Origin: Gemmatimonas aurantiaca T-27
GTDB taxonomy: Bacteria > Gemmatimonadota > Gemmatimonadetes > Gemmatimonadales > Gemmatimonadaceae
Assembly (NCBI RefSeq): GCF_000010305.1
Contig: NC_012489.1
Coordinates: 2,021,646 to 2,053,645 of the forward strand
DNA: 32,000 nt
Direction: 5' to 3'
Part shown: piece after piece, positions 1 to 8,443 of the stretch
Numbering within the stretch: position 1 is the stretch's first letter
Layout of the letters: every line of letters begins with the position of its first letter
Notes under the pieces: generated by a model
What the model saw: the letters and a program-made list of their open reading frames with translations, nothing else
Databases searched by the model: none
Told to the model about the DNA's origin: nothing
Program-made: the position numbers and the translations under genes

Positions 1-1598
1 GCTTGCCGACGACGCGCGATAGCGTTCCAGTCAACCGGAAGCCACGACGCGTCCCGACTACGTGGGTCCAGTCGAAATCCACCCCCTCTACGTGTCCAGG
101 TGAGGAACTGCTGTGCTTCCAGTCGTTCGAGGATGGGGACGAGTCCCATCGTCCCACCGAATCTCTGGGGAAGGCCCTGCAGATCAACCGCCGCGCCCGT
201 CTCCAGAGCGGCGCCGGCCACACGCCACAGGGCGCGCAAGACGTCGCGGTCGGTGGCGCGTGCTCCGGTGAGCTCCCGCGTGATACGGCCGGGTGAGGCG
301 ATGAGACGGACCCACACCTGATGCAACGAGGGCAGTTCCTCCGCACAGGCGCCGGCGCGGAGCAGCGCTCGCAACGCGGGGCCCGTCTTGCGTTCGCCGA
401 TCTTGCTGGGCAAGCAGGCAGCCAGGGCTTCGGGCGTGAGCGAGACAAATCCCTCGTGGTCGGCCTGGTCCCGTAGGGCACGCCAGACCAACTCCACGAC
501 CGGGCGCTCGGCGTGTGTGCTGTTGATGAAATACTCGTGCGTGAACCGATCGGGATAGCTGTGCAGCAGCACGCAGGTGCTGGCCTGGCCGTCGCGGCCG
601 GCCCGACCGGCTTCCTGGTAGTACGACTCCAGTGTGCCGGGCATGGAGTGATGCACCACGAGCCGCACATCGGGTTTGTCGATGCCCATGCCGAAGGCGC
701 TCGTGGCGACGATGACGCGCGAACGCTCCTCCATGAAAGCATCCTGGGCGCGCTGGCGTTGTCGATCATCGAGGCCTCCATGATAGGCCGTGGCCTTGAT
801 GCGACCCCGCAGGAGCACGGCCGTCACCCGCTCCACCGCTTTTCGGGTGGGCGTATACACCACGGCTGCACCTGGCGCGTCCCGCAGCCACTCGATGGCG
901 GTCAGATCCTTGTCGCGTTGCGTGCGCGTGGGCACGACATGGTAGGTGAGATTGGTGCGGTCGAAGCCACCCACCACCACCTCGGGCTGGCGCAGCAGCA
1001 ACTGGCGTGCGATGTCGCGGCGTACCTCAGGAGTCGCGGTGGCCGTGAGCGCCACGGTCTGTGGTGAACCGAGCTGCTCGCGAATGTATCCGATGCGTCG
1101 GTAGCTGGGCCGGAAGTCATGCCCCCATTCACTGATGCAATGGGCCTCGTCGACGGTCAGCAGCACCACGCCGATCGTGCGCAGTTGTTGCAGCATGCGT
1201 CCGGCTTCCATGCGTTCCGGCGCGAGATACAACAACCGCAAGGAGCCATCGCGGGCTCGTGCCATACGATCGGCCACTTCGCTGACCGAGAGCGTGCTGT
1301 TGATGTACGCAGCCTCGATACCACGCCGCGCGAGCGTCTCCACCTGATCCTTCATGAGGCTGATCAACGGTGAGATCACGATCGTCAGCCCATCCCGCAC
1401 CAAGGCGGGCACCTGAAAACACAGCGACTTGCCACCGCCGGTGGGAAGAACAATCAGGGCATCACGGCCAGATAGCACCGCTTCCACGGCGCGAATCTGC
1501 GGCGGCCGGAAATCGGGATAGCCGAAGTACCGCAGCAGCGTGGCGCGTGCCTGTTCGAGCGTTCCAAAGTGCCCGCGGGGGGTGGGGGCGGTCGACAT
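1..1598 (-). CDS. recQ: ATP-dependent DNA helicase RecQ; N-terminal ~532 codons, C-terminus runs off the left window edge
   Basis: Absent from the ORF track because there is no stop in the window. Hand translation of the minus strand from ATG at 1598 gives MSTAPTPRGHFGTLEQARATLLRYFGYPDFRPPQIRAVEAVLSGRDALIVLPTGGGKSLCFQVPA... Motifs seen: motif I PTGGGKS, DEAH box LTVDEAHCISEWGHDFRP, LTATAT, AFGMGIDKPDVRLVVH, and motif VI YYQEAGRAGRDG. The frame stays open to position 1. Confidence 0.9.
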   Translation of the reverse strand, partial: MSTAPTPRGHFGTLEQARATLLRYFGYPDFRPPQIRAVEAVLSGRDALIVLPTGGGKSLCFQVPALVRDGLTIVISPLISLMKDQVETLARRGIEAAYINSTLSVSEVADRMARARDGSLRLLYLAPERMEAGRMLQQLRTIGVVLLTVDEAHCISEWGHDFRPSYRRIGYIREQLGSPQTVALTATATPEVRRDIARQLLLRQPEVVVGGFDRTNLTYHVVPTRTQRDKDLTAIEWLRDAPGAAVVYTPTRKAVERVTAVLLRGRIKATAYHGGLDDRQRQRAQDAFMEERSRVIVATSAFGMGIDKPDVRLVVHHSMPGTLESYYQEAGRAGRDGQASTCVLLHSYPDRFTHEYFINSTHAERPVVELVWRALRDQADHEGFVSLTPEALAACLPSKIGERKTGPALRALLRAGACAEELPSLHQVWVRLIASPGRITRELTGARATDRDVLRALWRVAGAALETGAAVDLQGLPQRFGGTMGLVPILERLEAQQFLTWTRRGGGFRLDPRSRDASWLPVDWNAIARRRQ

Positions 1599-1635
1599 GC
1601 CACATCGTAGGGCCACTCCTGCGGCGATGTGGCAT
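1597..1635 (-). promoter_or_regulatory. 11-bp perfect inverted repeat (ATGCCACATCG-N17-CGATGTGGCAT) spanning the recQ ribosome-binding region and the first two bases of the start codon
   Basis: All 11 base pairs checked position by position (1597-1607 against 1625-1635). The 17-nt spacer contains AGGAG on the minus strand. The 3' arm of the minus-strand RNA ends in AU of the recQ AUG. The repeat is certain; a regulatory function is inferred. Confidence 0.35.
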
Positions 1636-1684
1636 CATTTCATTGCGCGCGTGATCGTTTCGGTGCGACAAGGTCCGAACAACC

Positions 1685-1847
1685 TTGCCACGGATTACGC
1701 GGAAACCACACGGAAACGACACGGATACAAAAGCCTTTGTTGATTGGTGCTTCTCCAGCCGTGCATTGTCTTCAGTTTTTCATTTCTTTGATTTGCTGTT
1801 GCAGTACCCGTGTCGTTTCCGTGTGGTTTCCGCGCAATCCGTGGCAA
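1685..1847. repeat. Large inverted-repeat element: 44-bp arms (42/44 complementary) flanking a 75-bp AT-rich core; MITE/REP-like element or structured RNA
   Basis: Left arm 1685-1728 is TTGCCACGGATTACGCGGAAACCACACGGAAACGACACGGATAC. Right arm 1804-1847 is its reverse complement except at 2 positions (1697/1835 and 1725/1807). The core 1729-1803 is 30/75 G+C by my count, in an otherwise GC-rich window. Each arm carries CACGGA(A/T)AC-type units at 11-bp spacing. Confidence 0.9.
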
Positions 1848-1858
1848 AGCAGTTCCCG

Positions 1859-4366
1859 TTACACGGCGCGTGCGAAGTGACCCCGGGTAAAGGCACCATC
1901 GAGCAGCACGCGTGATGCACTGGCAGGGGTTGGCGCACCCTGTGCCAGCGCGTCGAGGATGTCACGGTAGCTGCGCACCAACTGCTGCACCGGATCCCCA
2001 GCCACATTGAACACCATCTGATAGCCACGGATACCCTGCGCCCACAGCGCCGGCAAATACTCGGACGCATCGATGGGACGCGAATGCAGCAGCCGGTTGC
2101 GACACGCGCTGTCGGTCGCCACACCGAAGGTGTATCCAGCCGGATCGGTGAGTGACACCTGCGTGTGTTTTTGCACGCAGAGATCACGACACGTCGTGGC
2201 CTCGCGATCGAAGGCGGCGCTCAACACGCAGTGTTCGATGGTCATGCCTTCCGGGCGTCCGTACACCAGCACGTCGAAGCCTGCCCCGCCCCACGGTGCC
2301 GTGAGGGCCTGCAGTTCCTCTACTGTGAGCTCGATGGATGCCACCAGTTGCGACGCACCCACTTCGAACATCATGGCGGCCGTGTGCTGGTTGAACACGT
2401 TGGTGGCATAGTCCGCGATCACGTCCCGATCGCCGCCGAACTCACGAATGAGTCCGAGGTGGCCGCTGAGCAGTGGCAATCCCAGCGCCAACCATGGCGC
2501 GATCGCCTTGCGCTCTTCGGGGCGCACGATGGTGGGCGTGCGCAGGCGCAGCCCCACACCCTGCGCGGTCAGTTCGTCGCGTAGCGTGATCACGCGGCTG
2601 CGCGGCGGTGCCGGGTGACGGAGAAACGGATCGAACACGACTTCGGTGGCACCACCGGCGGCCGCTTCACGCGCCGACTCGAGATCGTACACAATCACGC
2701 GCAATGCGGGCGCTGCGCTCTCCGACCTCGCCTGGCCGCTCACCGGCACGGCGGTCACCGCATCGGCGATGTGCGCGACACGCACCGCCTCGTCGCTGCT
2801 GCGTGCCCATCCCAACTGCTCTTCGAGTTGCTCGACCGCGTCCTGCCGAATGCGATTGAGTTCGCTGACCGGAAGGAAGAGGCCATCACCGAGTCCCGAC
2901 GTGTCTATGCTGCCAAGCTTGAAGGCGGTGCCGCCGAGTCGACCCAGTTGCTCACGCAACTGCGTCATGTCGAGGGACCGCTTGCTGGCTGGTGCGAGCG
3001 TGACTTCACCACGCACCGACGACTCGAGTTCTCCGGCACGCCAGATCGTCTTGAGTGGTCCACCAGCATGACCGAAGCAGCGCACGTCCACGCGGATCGC
3101 CCCCACGCGCTCCGGCATCGGCACATTGGCATACGAGGCCTGCGCCTCACTCAGCAACTTGGCATCACTGGTGCGTACGACACGCCAACCGCTTGCCACG
3201 CGCGTGGTGCGCAATCCGCTGCGCACCGACACCACCTGTCGATGCAATCCATCACGCGTGCCCATCGCGCGCACACTTTGCACCGTGCCACCGATGTTGG
3301 CCGACGACGATGGATCGGGTGATTCGAAGCCCAGACCATCCCCCACCGTCAGTGGACGCGATACTTCAACAATGAGATCGTCGCCCTCCTGCCCCACCAC
3401 CGTGCCCAGTGTCAGCCCACGATTGTCCGGCTGCGTGCGGGTGATGTACTCGCGACCCTGCCGACCACCGTACATGCCACCCGTGTTGCCGCGGCTGAAG
3501 ATCTGCACCAGCGGTTCCACTTCGTCGATCGTCGGCGCACGTCCTTCTTCACCACGCGCGATGCCGTCGAGCCAGCCGCGATAGGCCTTCGTCACCGTCG
3601 CAACGTACTCGGGCTTCTTCTTGCGCCCTTCCACCTTGAGGCAGCCGACGCCGAGCTTGGCGATCTCTTCCAGGTGATCGTGTGCGGCCAGATCCTTGGT
3701 GCTGATCAGGTACCCCTGATCGAGCGTCGCACCGGTGCTGTCGTCGTTGAGCGTGTAGTCTTTGCGGCATGACTGCGCGCACGATCCACGATTGGCCGAG
3801 CGCTCGCTGATCATGCCGGACATGAAACACTGTCCGGAATACGAGATGCAGAGCGCGCCGTGCACGAACGTTTCGAGTCCGAGATCGGGCACCGCTTCGC
3901 GAATGAGGCGGATGTCCTCGAGCGTGTTTTCACGCGCCAGCACGACACGTTCGATACCCAATTCCTGCATGACCAGCGCGCCACCGGCATCGTGCACGGT
4001 CATTTGTGTGCTGCCGTGCACCTCGAGCTGGGGGTACACCTGCTGGATGAGGCGAACCACGCCCAAGTCCTGCACGATCGCGGCGTCGATACCGCGGTCG
4101 ATGCACTCGCCGAGATACACCAGCGCTTCGTTCAGCTCGTGCGGCTTGATGAGCACATTGAACGTGAGGTAGACCCGCACGCCCCGGGCATGGGCAATGG
4201 CGCAGGCCTGTCCGAGCTCATCGAGCGAGAGCTGGGCGCCTTCATCACGCGCATTGTACATGGACGCCCCGAGATACACGGCGTTCGCCCCATTGGCGAC
4301 AGCGGCGCGTACGGCATCGAGCGTGCCGGCGGGGGCGAGTAGTTCGGGAACGTGACGACGGGACAT
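1859..4366 (-). CDS. Peptidase U32 family protein, long two-module form (835 aa)
   Basis: ORF track, 835 aa. The U32 signature is present as ETFVHGALCISYSGQCFMS. The N-terminus ELLAPAGTLDAVRAAVANGANAVYLG is typical of the family. The C-terminal half contains a second U32-like module (VLVYGRPEGMTIEHCVLSAAF...CRDLC). High GC3. Confidence 0.85.
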   Translation of the reverse strand: MSRRHVPELLAPAGTLDAVRAAVANGANAVYLGASMYNARDEGAQLSLDELGQACAIAHARGVRVYLTFNVLIKPHELNEALVYLGECIDRGIDAAIVQDLGVVRLIQQVYPQLEVHGSTQMTVHDAGGALVMQELGIERVVLARENTLEDIRLIREAVPDLGLETFVHGALCISYSGQCFMSGMISERSANRGSCAQSCRKDYTLNDDSTGATLDQGYLISTKDLAAHDHLEEIAKLGVGCLKVEGRKKKPEYVATVTKAYRGWLDGIARGEEGRAPTIDEVEPLVQIFSRGNTGGMYGGRQGREYITRTQPDNRGLTLGTVVGQEGDDLIVEVSRPLTVGDGLGFESPDPSSSANIGGTVQSVRAMGTRDGLHRQVVSVRSGLRTTRVASGWRVVRTSDAKLLSEAQASYANVPMPERVGAIRVDVRCFGHAGGPLKTIWRAGELESSVRGEVTLAPASKRSLDMTQLREQLGRLGGTAFKLGSIDTSGLGDGLFLPVSELNRIRQDAVEQLEEQLGWARSSDEAVRVAHIADAVTAVPVSGQARSESAAPALRVIVYDLESAREAAAGGATEVVFDPFLRHPAPPRSRVITLRDELTAQGVGLRLRTPTIVRPEERKAIAPWLALGLPLLSGHLGLIREFGGDRDVIADYATNVFNQHTAAMMFEVGASQLVASIELTVEELQALTAPWGGAGFDVLVYGRPEGMTIEHCVLSAAFDREATTCRDLCVQKHTQVSLTDPAGYTFGVATDSACRNRLLHSRPIDASEYLPALWAQGIRGYQMVFNVAGDPVQQLVRSYRDILDALAQGAPTPASASRVLLDGAFTRGHFARAV

Positions 4367-4378
4367 CCCTGATAATCT

Positions 4379-4414
4379 AGCGGGTCCCAGCCCATGATTG
4401 GACCGGGACCCGCT
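4379..4414 (-). terminator. GC-rich stem-loop (10-bp stem, 16-nt loop) between the membrane mini-ORF and the U32 gene; possible terminator or attenuator
   Basis: AGCGGGTCCC (4379-4388) pairs perfectly with GGGACCCGCT (4405-4414). On the minus-strand RNA it is followed by AGAUUAUCAGGG and then the U32 AUG, so there is no strong U-tract. Confidence 0.3.
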
Positions 4415-4437
4415 TGCTCCTCACCTGGACGCCCGAA

Positions 4438-4590
4438 CTACGGCTGCCGAGGCTTGTAGAACCGCAACAACAAGGCGCTGGCCACCAACGCGATGCCGAT
4501 CCAACGCACCCACTCGAGGCTGGTGCGCTGGGCGACCGTGAAGGCGATGACGCCAAACGCGATCAGGGCAACGCGGAGGCGTATGATCAC
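4438..4590 (-). CDS. Small hydrophobic protein, 50 aa, two predicted TM helices (GTG start)
   Basis: This is the C-terminal part of track ORF 4438..4851. GTG at 4590 overlaps the upstream TGA (GTGA). Sequence: VIIRLRVALIAFGVIAFTVAQRTSLEWVRWIGIALVASALLLRFYKPRQP. About 45 of 50 third positions are G/C. The rest of the 137-aa track ORF overlaps the upstream gene and looks non-coding. Confidence 0.5.
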   Translation of the reverse strand: MIIRLRVALIAFGVIAFTVAQRTSLEWVRWIGIALVASALLLRFYKPRQP

Positions 4591-4940
4591 GCGAATGCCG
4601 GCAGGCCCGCCGCCTTGGCTTCGGCGTCCGGCACTTCGATGACCAGGCGCAGCAAGGCCGTGGAAAACACCTTGCCCTGCGCGTCGGTCTTGAGTGACAG
4701 CGTGCCACCGCCATCGAGCGCGCCATGCAGCAGGAAATTCAGCGCCAACAGATTGGGCAGCTCGAAGCGCACCACGTCGCCGGTGATATGGCCCGTGAAA
4801 TGCTTGGCCACCGCGGCCTTCGTGACGTACTTGTCGAGCACCGCATACCACTCGGGCTTGAGCGCGATGACACCCACGTTGGCCGTGTCGCCCTTGTCGC
4901 CGCTGCGGGCATGGGCAATATCGAGAAGTCGGACTTTCAT
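4587..4940 (-). CDS. AtuA C-terminal-domain-like small protein (117 aa), partner of the upstream DUF1446/AtuA gene
   Basis: Track ORF 4587..5054 trimmed to ATG 4940 (MKVRLLDIAHARSGDKGDTANVGVIALKPEWYAVL...), 4 nt after the AtuA stop. From memory it resembles the C-terminal portion of single-chain AtuA proteins. The 38 upstream codons overlap the AtuA gene. Confidence 0.6.
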   Translation of the reverse strand: MKVRLLDIAHARSGDKGDTANVGVIALKPEWYAVLDKYVTKAAVAKHFTGHITGDVVRFELPNLLALNFLLHGALDGGGTLSLKTDAQGKVFSTALLRLVIEVPDAEAKAAGLPAFA

Positions 4941-4944
4941 GCGA

Positions 4945-6324
4945 TTACTCCACGATGGCAACGGAGGTGGACACGGCGCGCTTGTCGAGCAGCGCGGGCC
5001 AGTAGGCCACGATCTCTTCAACCTTGGGGCGACCACCAGCGAAGCCGGTGACACTCGGCGGGCCGTTCAACACCAGCGGCACGATCTCGCGCGCAAAGCG
5101 CTCCACCGCCGCCTTGTCGCCACCACGCACACCGATGCGATACTGCACTTCCGGTGCACTGCGGCCATCGCCGGCCAGTGAACCGTGCGTGGATGTGGCA
5201 CCCACGAACTCGCTCAGCACCTGGTCGAACTTGAGGCCCAGGCGATCGAGACGCTCACGCAGCACCCGGTCGGCCAGCTCGGCCTTCTCCATGGCGTCCG
5301 GCCAGCCGTACACCAGCGTGCCCACGGCCTTGTAGCCCGAGCGGTAGGCGATGGACACCTTGAGGAACGGGGTCGGCGCGCCGCCGGTGATGCCGTGCAC
5401 GCGCACGCGGTTCTCACCGTCGGCCTGCAGGCGAATGCTGGTGAAGTCGGCCACCACGTCGGGCGTGATGTACGAATTCGGATCGCCCATTTCGTACACG
5501 AGCTGCTCGGTCACGCTGGGCACGTTCACACGGCCGCCCGTACCGGGATGCTTGGTGATCACGAACGAACCATCGGCGTTGGCTTCCGCAATCGGATAGC
5601 CGACGTTCGCGAGGTCGGGGATGTTGCGCCAGTCGTACAGGCAGTTGCCGCCCGAGCTCTGCGCACCACACTCGAGGATGTGTCCTGCCACGATACCGGA
5701 CGCGAGCTTGTCCCAGTCATCGGCCGCCCAGCCGAACTCATGACGCAGGGGCGCCATGGTCAAGGCGGTGTCGGTGCTGCGGCCAGTCACGACCACATTC
5801 GCGCCACGCTGCAGCGCTTCGACGATGGGCGTCGAGCCGATGTAGGCGTTGGCCGAGAGCACACGATCGCGAATCGTCGAGAGCGGCTCGTCGGTGTCCA
5901 TGTTGCGCAGTTCGTGGCCGGCAGCCATGAGCTCGTCGAGACGATCGAGCACATCGTCGCCCGTCACGACGCCGATGCGAATCTTGCCACGCACGCCATG
6001 CTTGCTGGCCGCTTCGAGCACAGCCTCTGCGCAGGCGTTGGGGTTCACACCACCGGCGTTGGCGATGACCTTCACGCCACGCTCGGCCACAGCCGGGAAC
6101 ACACTCTCCATCGCGCCCACGAAGTCACGCGCGTAGCCCATGCGGGGATCGCGTTCCTTCTGCTTCTGCACGATGGACATCGTGACTTCGGCGAGATAGT
6201 CGAGCATGAGGTAGTCGACCTGTCCGCCTTCCACCTGACGGCGCGGGGCTTCGAGCCAGTCGCCCCAGAAGCCTTGTCCGCTGGCCACGCGAACCACGCG
6301 GCCCTTCGATTCCTGCGACATCAC
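4945..6324 (-). CDS. AtuA-family (DUF1446, acyclic terpene utilisation) protein, N-terminal main domain
   Basis: 459 aa. [40 protein letters not shown]... is the characteristic AtuA/DUF1446 N-terminus. The start (GTG 6324, or ATG 6321) overlaps the carboxyltransferase stop. Confidence 0.8.
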   Translation of the reverse strand: MMSQESKGRVVRVASGQGFWGDWLEAPRRQVEGGQVDYLMLDYLAEVTMSIVQKQKERDPRMGYARDFVGAMESVFPAVAERGVKVIANAGGVNPNACAEAVLEAASKHGVRGKIRIGVVTGDDVLDRLDELMAAGHELRNMDTDEPLSTIRDRVLSANAYIGSTPIVEALQRGANVVVTGRSTDTALTMAPLRHEFGWAADDWDKLASGIVAGHILECGAQSSGGNCLYDWRNIPDLANVGYPIAEANADGSFVITKHPGTGGRVNVPSVTEQLVYEMGDPNSYITPDVVADFTSIRLQADGENRVRVHGITGGAPTPFLKVSIAYRSGYKAVGTLVYGWPDAMEKAELADRVLRERLDRLGLKFDQVLSEFVGATSTHGSLAGDGRSAPEVQYRIGVRGGDKAAVERFAREIVPLVLNGPPSVTGFAGGRPKVEEIVAYWPALLDKRAVSTSVAIVE

Positions 6325-7937
6325 TGCGCTCCGAATGTTGGCATCGGCGGCAGCACGAAAGCGCCGAGATGCGGTCCAGGGTTCTGCAACGCCGAGCGCA
6401 GGGCAAGCGCCAGCATGCTGCGAGTGTCTTCGGGATACACGATGGTGTCGACAAAGCCGCGCGCGGCGGCATAGCGAGCATCGAGCTGCGTCTCGTAGTC
6501 CGCCCGCATGCTGGCAGCAGCTTCGAGCACTTCAGGAGATGGCGGCGTGCCGGCCTTCTTGGCGGCATCGAGCGCCGGTCCGTGCACAGCCTGCACGGCG
6601 GCTTCTCCTTCCATGACCGCCATGCGTCCGGTGGGCCAGGAAAGGATGAAATCGGGATCGAAGCCCTGGCCGGCCATCGCGTAGTAGCCTGCGCCACTCG
6701 CGTGGTTCACGGTGAGCACGATCTTGGGGACGCGGGCACACGCCATCGCTTCGACAAAATGCGCGCCGGCGCGGATGATGCCTTCATGTTCCGCTTCGGG
6801 CCCGACCATGAAGCCGGACACGTCCTGCACGAAGATGATCGGGATGCCCTGCTTGTCGCAGCGCTCGATGAAGTAGGCGACCTTCTCCGCGCTTTCCGCG
6901 TAGATGATGCCACCGAAACGCGGCTTCTCACCCGGACGGCCTTTGATCAGTCCGCGCTGGTTGGCGATGATGCCCACGGGGATGCCTTCGATACGCGCAT
7001 CACCGCAGATCATTTCCTTGGCGAGGTTGCCCTGGAATTCATCCAGCTTGCCTTCATCGAGCACGGCGCGCAGCAGCGCATGCATGTCGTACTGCATGCG
7101 ATGATCGGCCGGCAGCAGGTCATACAGCGTGGAGGGCGGCTCGGCGGGTGGACGCCATGCGGCCTGCGGCGGCGTGTTCGGACGCGGCAGGCGCGCCACG
7201 AGTTCACGCAACTTGACCAGGCACGACGCATCATCGTCGAGCGCATAGTGCGCGACGCCGCTCACTTCGGTGTGCGTGAGCGCACCACCCAGCGTCTCGC
7301 CGTCGATGGACTGGCCCGTGGCGCCCTTCACGAGATTCGGACCACCCAGGCCCATGAACGACGTGCCCTTCACCATCAGGATCACGTCACTGAGCGCGGG
7401 GAGATAGGCACCGCCCGCCACACACTGCCCCATCACGGCCGCGAGCTGCGGAATCCGCAGGTAGCGACGCATGATCGAGTTGTAGTAGAAGATGCGCGCC
7501 GCGCCGTATTGTCCGGGGAACACACCACCCTGATAGGGGAGGTTCACACCGGCCGAGTCGACGAGGTAGATGATCGGGATGCGGCAGCGCATGGCCACTT
7601 CCTGCGCCCGCAGGATCTTGGTGATCGTTTCGGGCCACCACGAGCCGGCTTTCACCGTGGCATCGTTGGCGACGACGACCACTTCGCGTCCATCCACGAT
7701 CGCAATGCCGGTGATCACGCCGGCGCCGGGCGCCTGGCCGTCGTACCGGTCGTGGGCGATCAGCAGACCGATTTCGAGAAACGGGGTGCCGGGATCGGCG
7801 AGCTGTTCGACGCGTTCACGCGCCGTGAGCTTTCCCTGCTTGTGCTGCTTTTCGATCTTGTCGGGCCCACCGCCTTGGCGGAGCTGGGCTTCCAGCGCGC
7901 GGAGTTCATCGGCGAGCCGGCGCAAACGGCCGCTCAC
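6321..7937 (-). CDS. Acyl-CoA carboxylase carboxyltransferase (beta) subunit, MccB/AtuC-like
   Basis: 538 aa. Family blocks seen: [45 protein letters not shown], and [14 protein letters not shown] start at 7937 overlaps the upstream stop (GTGA). Confidence 0.85.
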   Translation of the reverse strand: MSGRLRRLADELRALEAQLRQGGGPDKIEKQHKQGKLTARERVEQLADPGTPFLEIGLLIAHDRYDGQAPGAGVITGIAIVDGREVVVVANDATVKAGSWWPETITKILRAQEVAMRCRIPIIYLVDSAGVNLPYQGGVFPGQYGAARIFYYNSIMRRYLRIPQLAAVMGQCVAGGAYLPALSDVILMVKGTSFMGLGGPNLVKGATGQSIDGETLGGALTHTEVSGVAHYALDDDASCLVKLRELVARLPRPNTPPQAAWRPPAEPPSTLYDLLPADHRMQYDMHALLRAVLDEGKLDEFQGNLAKEMICGDARIEGIPVGIIANQRGLIKGRPGEKPRFGGIIYAESAEKVAYFIERCDKQGIPIIFVQDVSGFMVGPEAEHEGIIRAGAHFVEAMACARVPKIVLTVNHASGAGYYAMAGQGFDPDFILSWPTGRMAVMEGEAAVQAVHGPALDAAKKAGTPPSPEVLEAAASMRADYETQLDARYAAARGFVDTIVYPEDTRSMLALALRSALQNPGPHLGAFVLPPMPTFGAQ

Positions 7938-8347
7938 GAGATCTGCTGCTCGCGGGCCGCAAACCAGGTGCGGATGTAGTCCACGAGGTCCTGCGTGCTG
8001 GTACCGGGGCCAAACAGGCGTGCAATACCCTGTGCGTTGAGCGCGTCCATGTCCTCTTTGGGAATAATGCCACCACCGGTGAGGAGGATGTCCTCACGCC
8101 CTGCTTCAAGGAGCAAGGCACGCACACGCGGGAACAGCGTCATGTGGGCGCCGGAAAGGATCGACAAACCCACGACGTCCACGTCTTCCTGGACAGCGGC
8201 CGTGGCGATCATCTCGGGAGTCTGGTGCAGGCCGGTGTAAATCACTTCCATGCCGGCATCGCGGAGTGCCGCGGCGACCACCTTGGCGCCGCGATCATGT
8301 CCATCGAGGCCTGGCTTGGCCACCAGCACACGGATCGGTCGAGTCAT
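7934..8347 (-). CDS. Cobalamin (B12)-binding domain protein; methylmalonyl-CoA-mutase-type small subunit
   Basis: Track ORF trimmed to ATG 8347 ([39 protein letters not shown]...). The DxHxxG B12-binding motif is present as [14 protein letters not shown] and GGGIIP are typical of mutase C-terminal domains. Confidence 0.85.
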   Translation of the reverse strand: MTRPIRVLVAKPGLDGHDRGAKVVAAALRDAGMEVIYTGLHQTPEMIATAAVQEDVDVVGLSILSGAHMTLFPRVRALLLEAGREDILLTGGGIIPKEDMDALNAQGIARLFGPGTSTQDLVDYIRTWFAAREQQIS

Positions 8348-8400
8348 CGGTTGGCTTGCAGGGTGGGACCCGGAGACGGAATTTTTTGCTCCGGTCGAAC

Positions 8401-8435
8401 GAAGGCCGCACCCCGGCAACCCGGGGACAGCCTTC
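8401..8435 (-). other. Composite GC-rich stem-loop in the 96-bp gap between the methyltransferase and B12-binding genes
   Basis: Outer stem GAAGGC (8401-8406) pairs with GCCTTC (8430-8435). Inner stem CCCCGG (8411-8416) pairs with CCGGGG (8421-8426), with a 4-nt loop. No U-tract follows on the minus strand. The function (processing site, weak terminator or stabiliser) is unknown. Confidence 0.35.
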
Positions 8436-8443
8436 CAACTTAC

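Noticed and set aside
1697-1728. Tandem 11-bp units inside the hairpin arms considered as a CRISPR or other spaced-repeat array
   Set aside because: There are only about three directly abutting units with no spacers, mirrored in the opposite arm. No cas genes are present. This is not a CRISPR architecture.
1462-1915. Small ORFs crossing the recQ-U32 intergenic region (1462..1722 minus, 1540..1743, 1629..1880 and 1685..1915 plus)
   Set aside because: They run through the inverted-repeat arms, so mirror-image peptides are expected by chance. They have poor composition and no start context. The region is better explained as a structured repeat element.
4941-4944. AtuA split as a pseudogenising nonsense or frameshift mutation
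   Set aside because: The junction is a clean TAA + 4 nt + ATG. Both parts keep strong coding bias and full-length domains, so a natural two-gene arrangement seems more likely. This cannot be fully excluded without comparing relatives.
5185-6474. 429-aa plus-strand ORF
   Set aside because: It is antisense to the AtuA-family gene and shows shadow-ORF composition (H/R/G/A-rich). It has no motifs.
6369-7979. 536-aa plus-strand ORF
   Set aside because: It is exactly antisense to the carboxyltransferase gene, which has clear family motifs. The translation is R/A/G/H-rich with no recognisable motif. This is a typical shadow ORF of a GC-rich genome.
8348-8443. Cobalamin riboswitch upstream of the B12-binding-domain gene
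   Set aside because: The gap is only 96 nt, and I see no B12-box-like conserved core. It is too short for a cobalamin riboswitch and is explained by a simple composite stem-loop.
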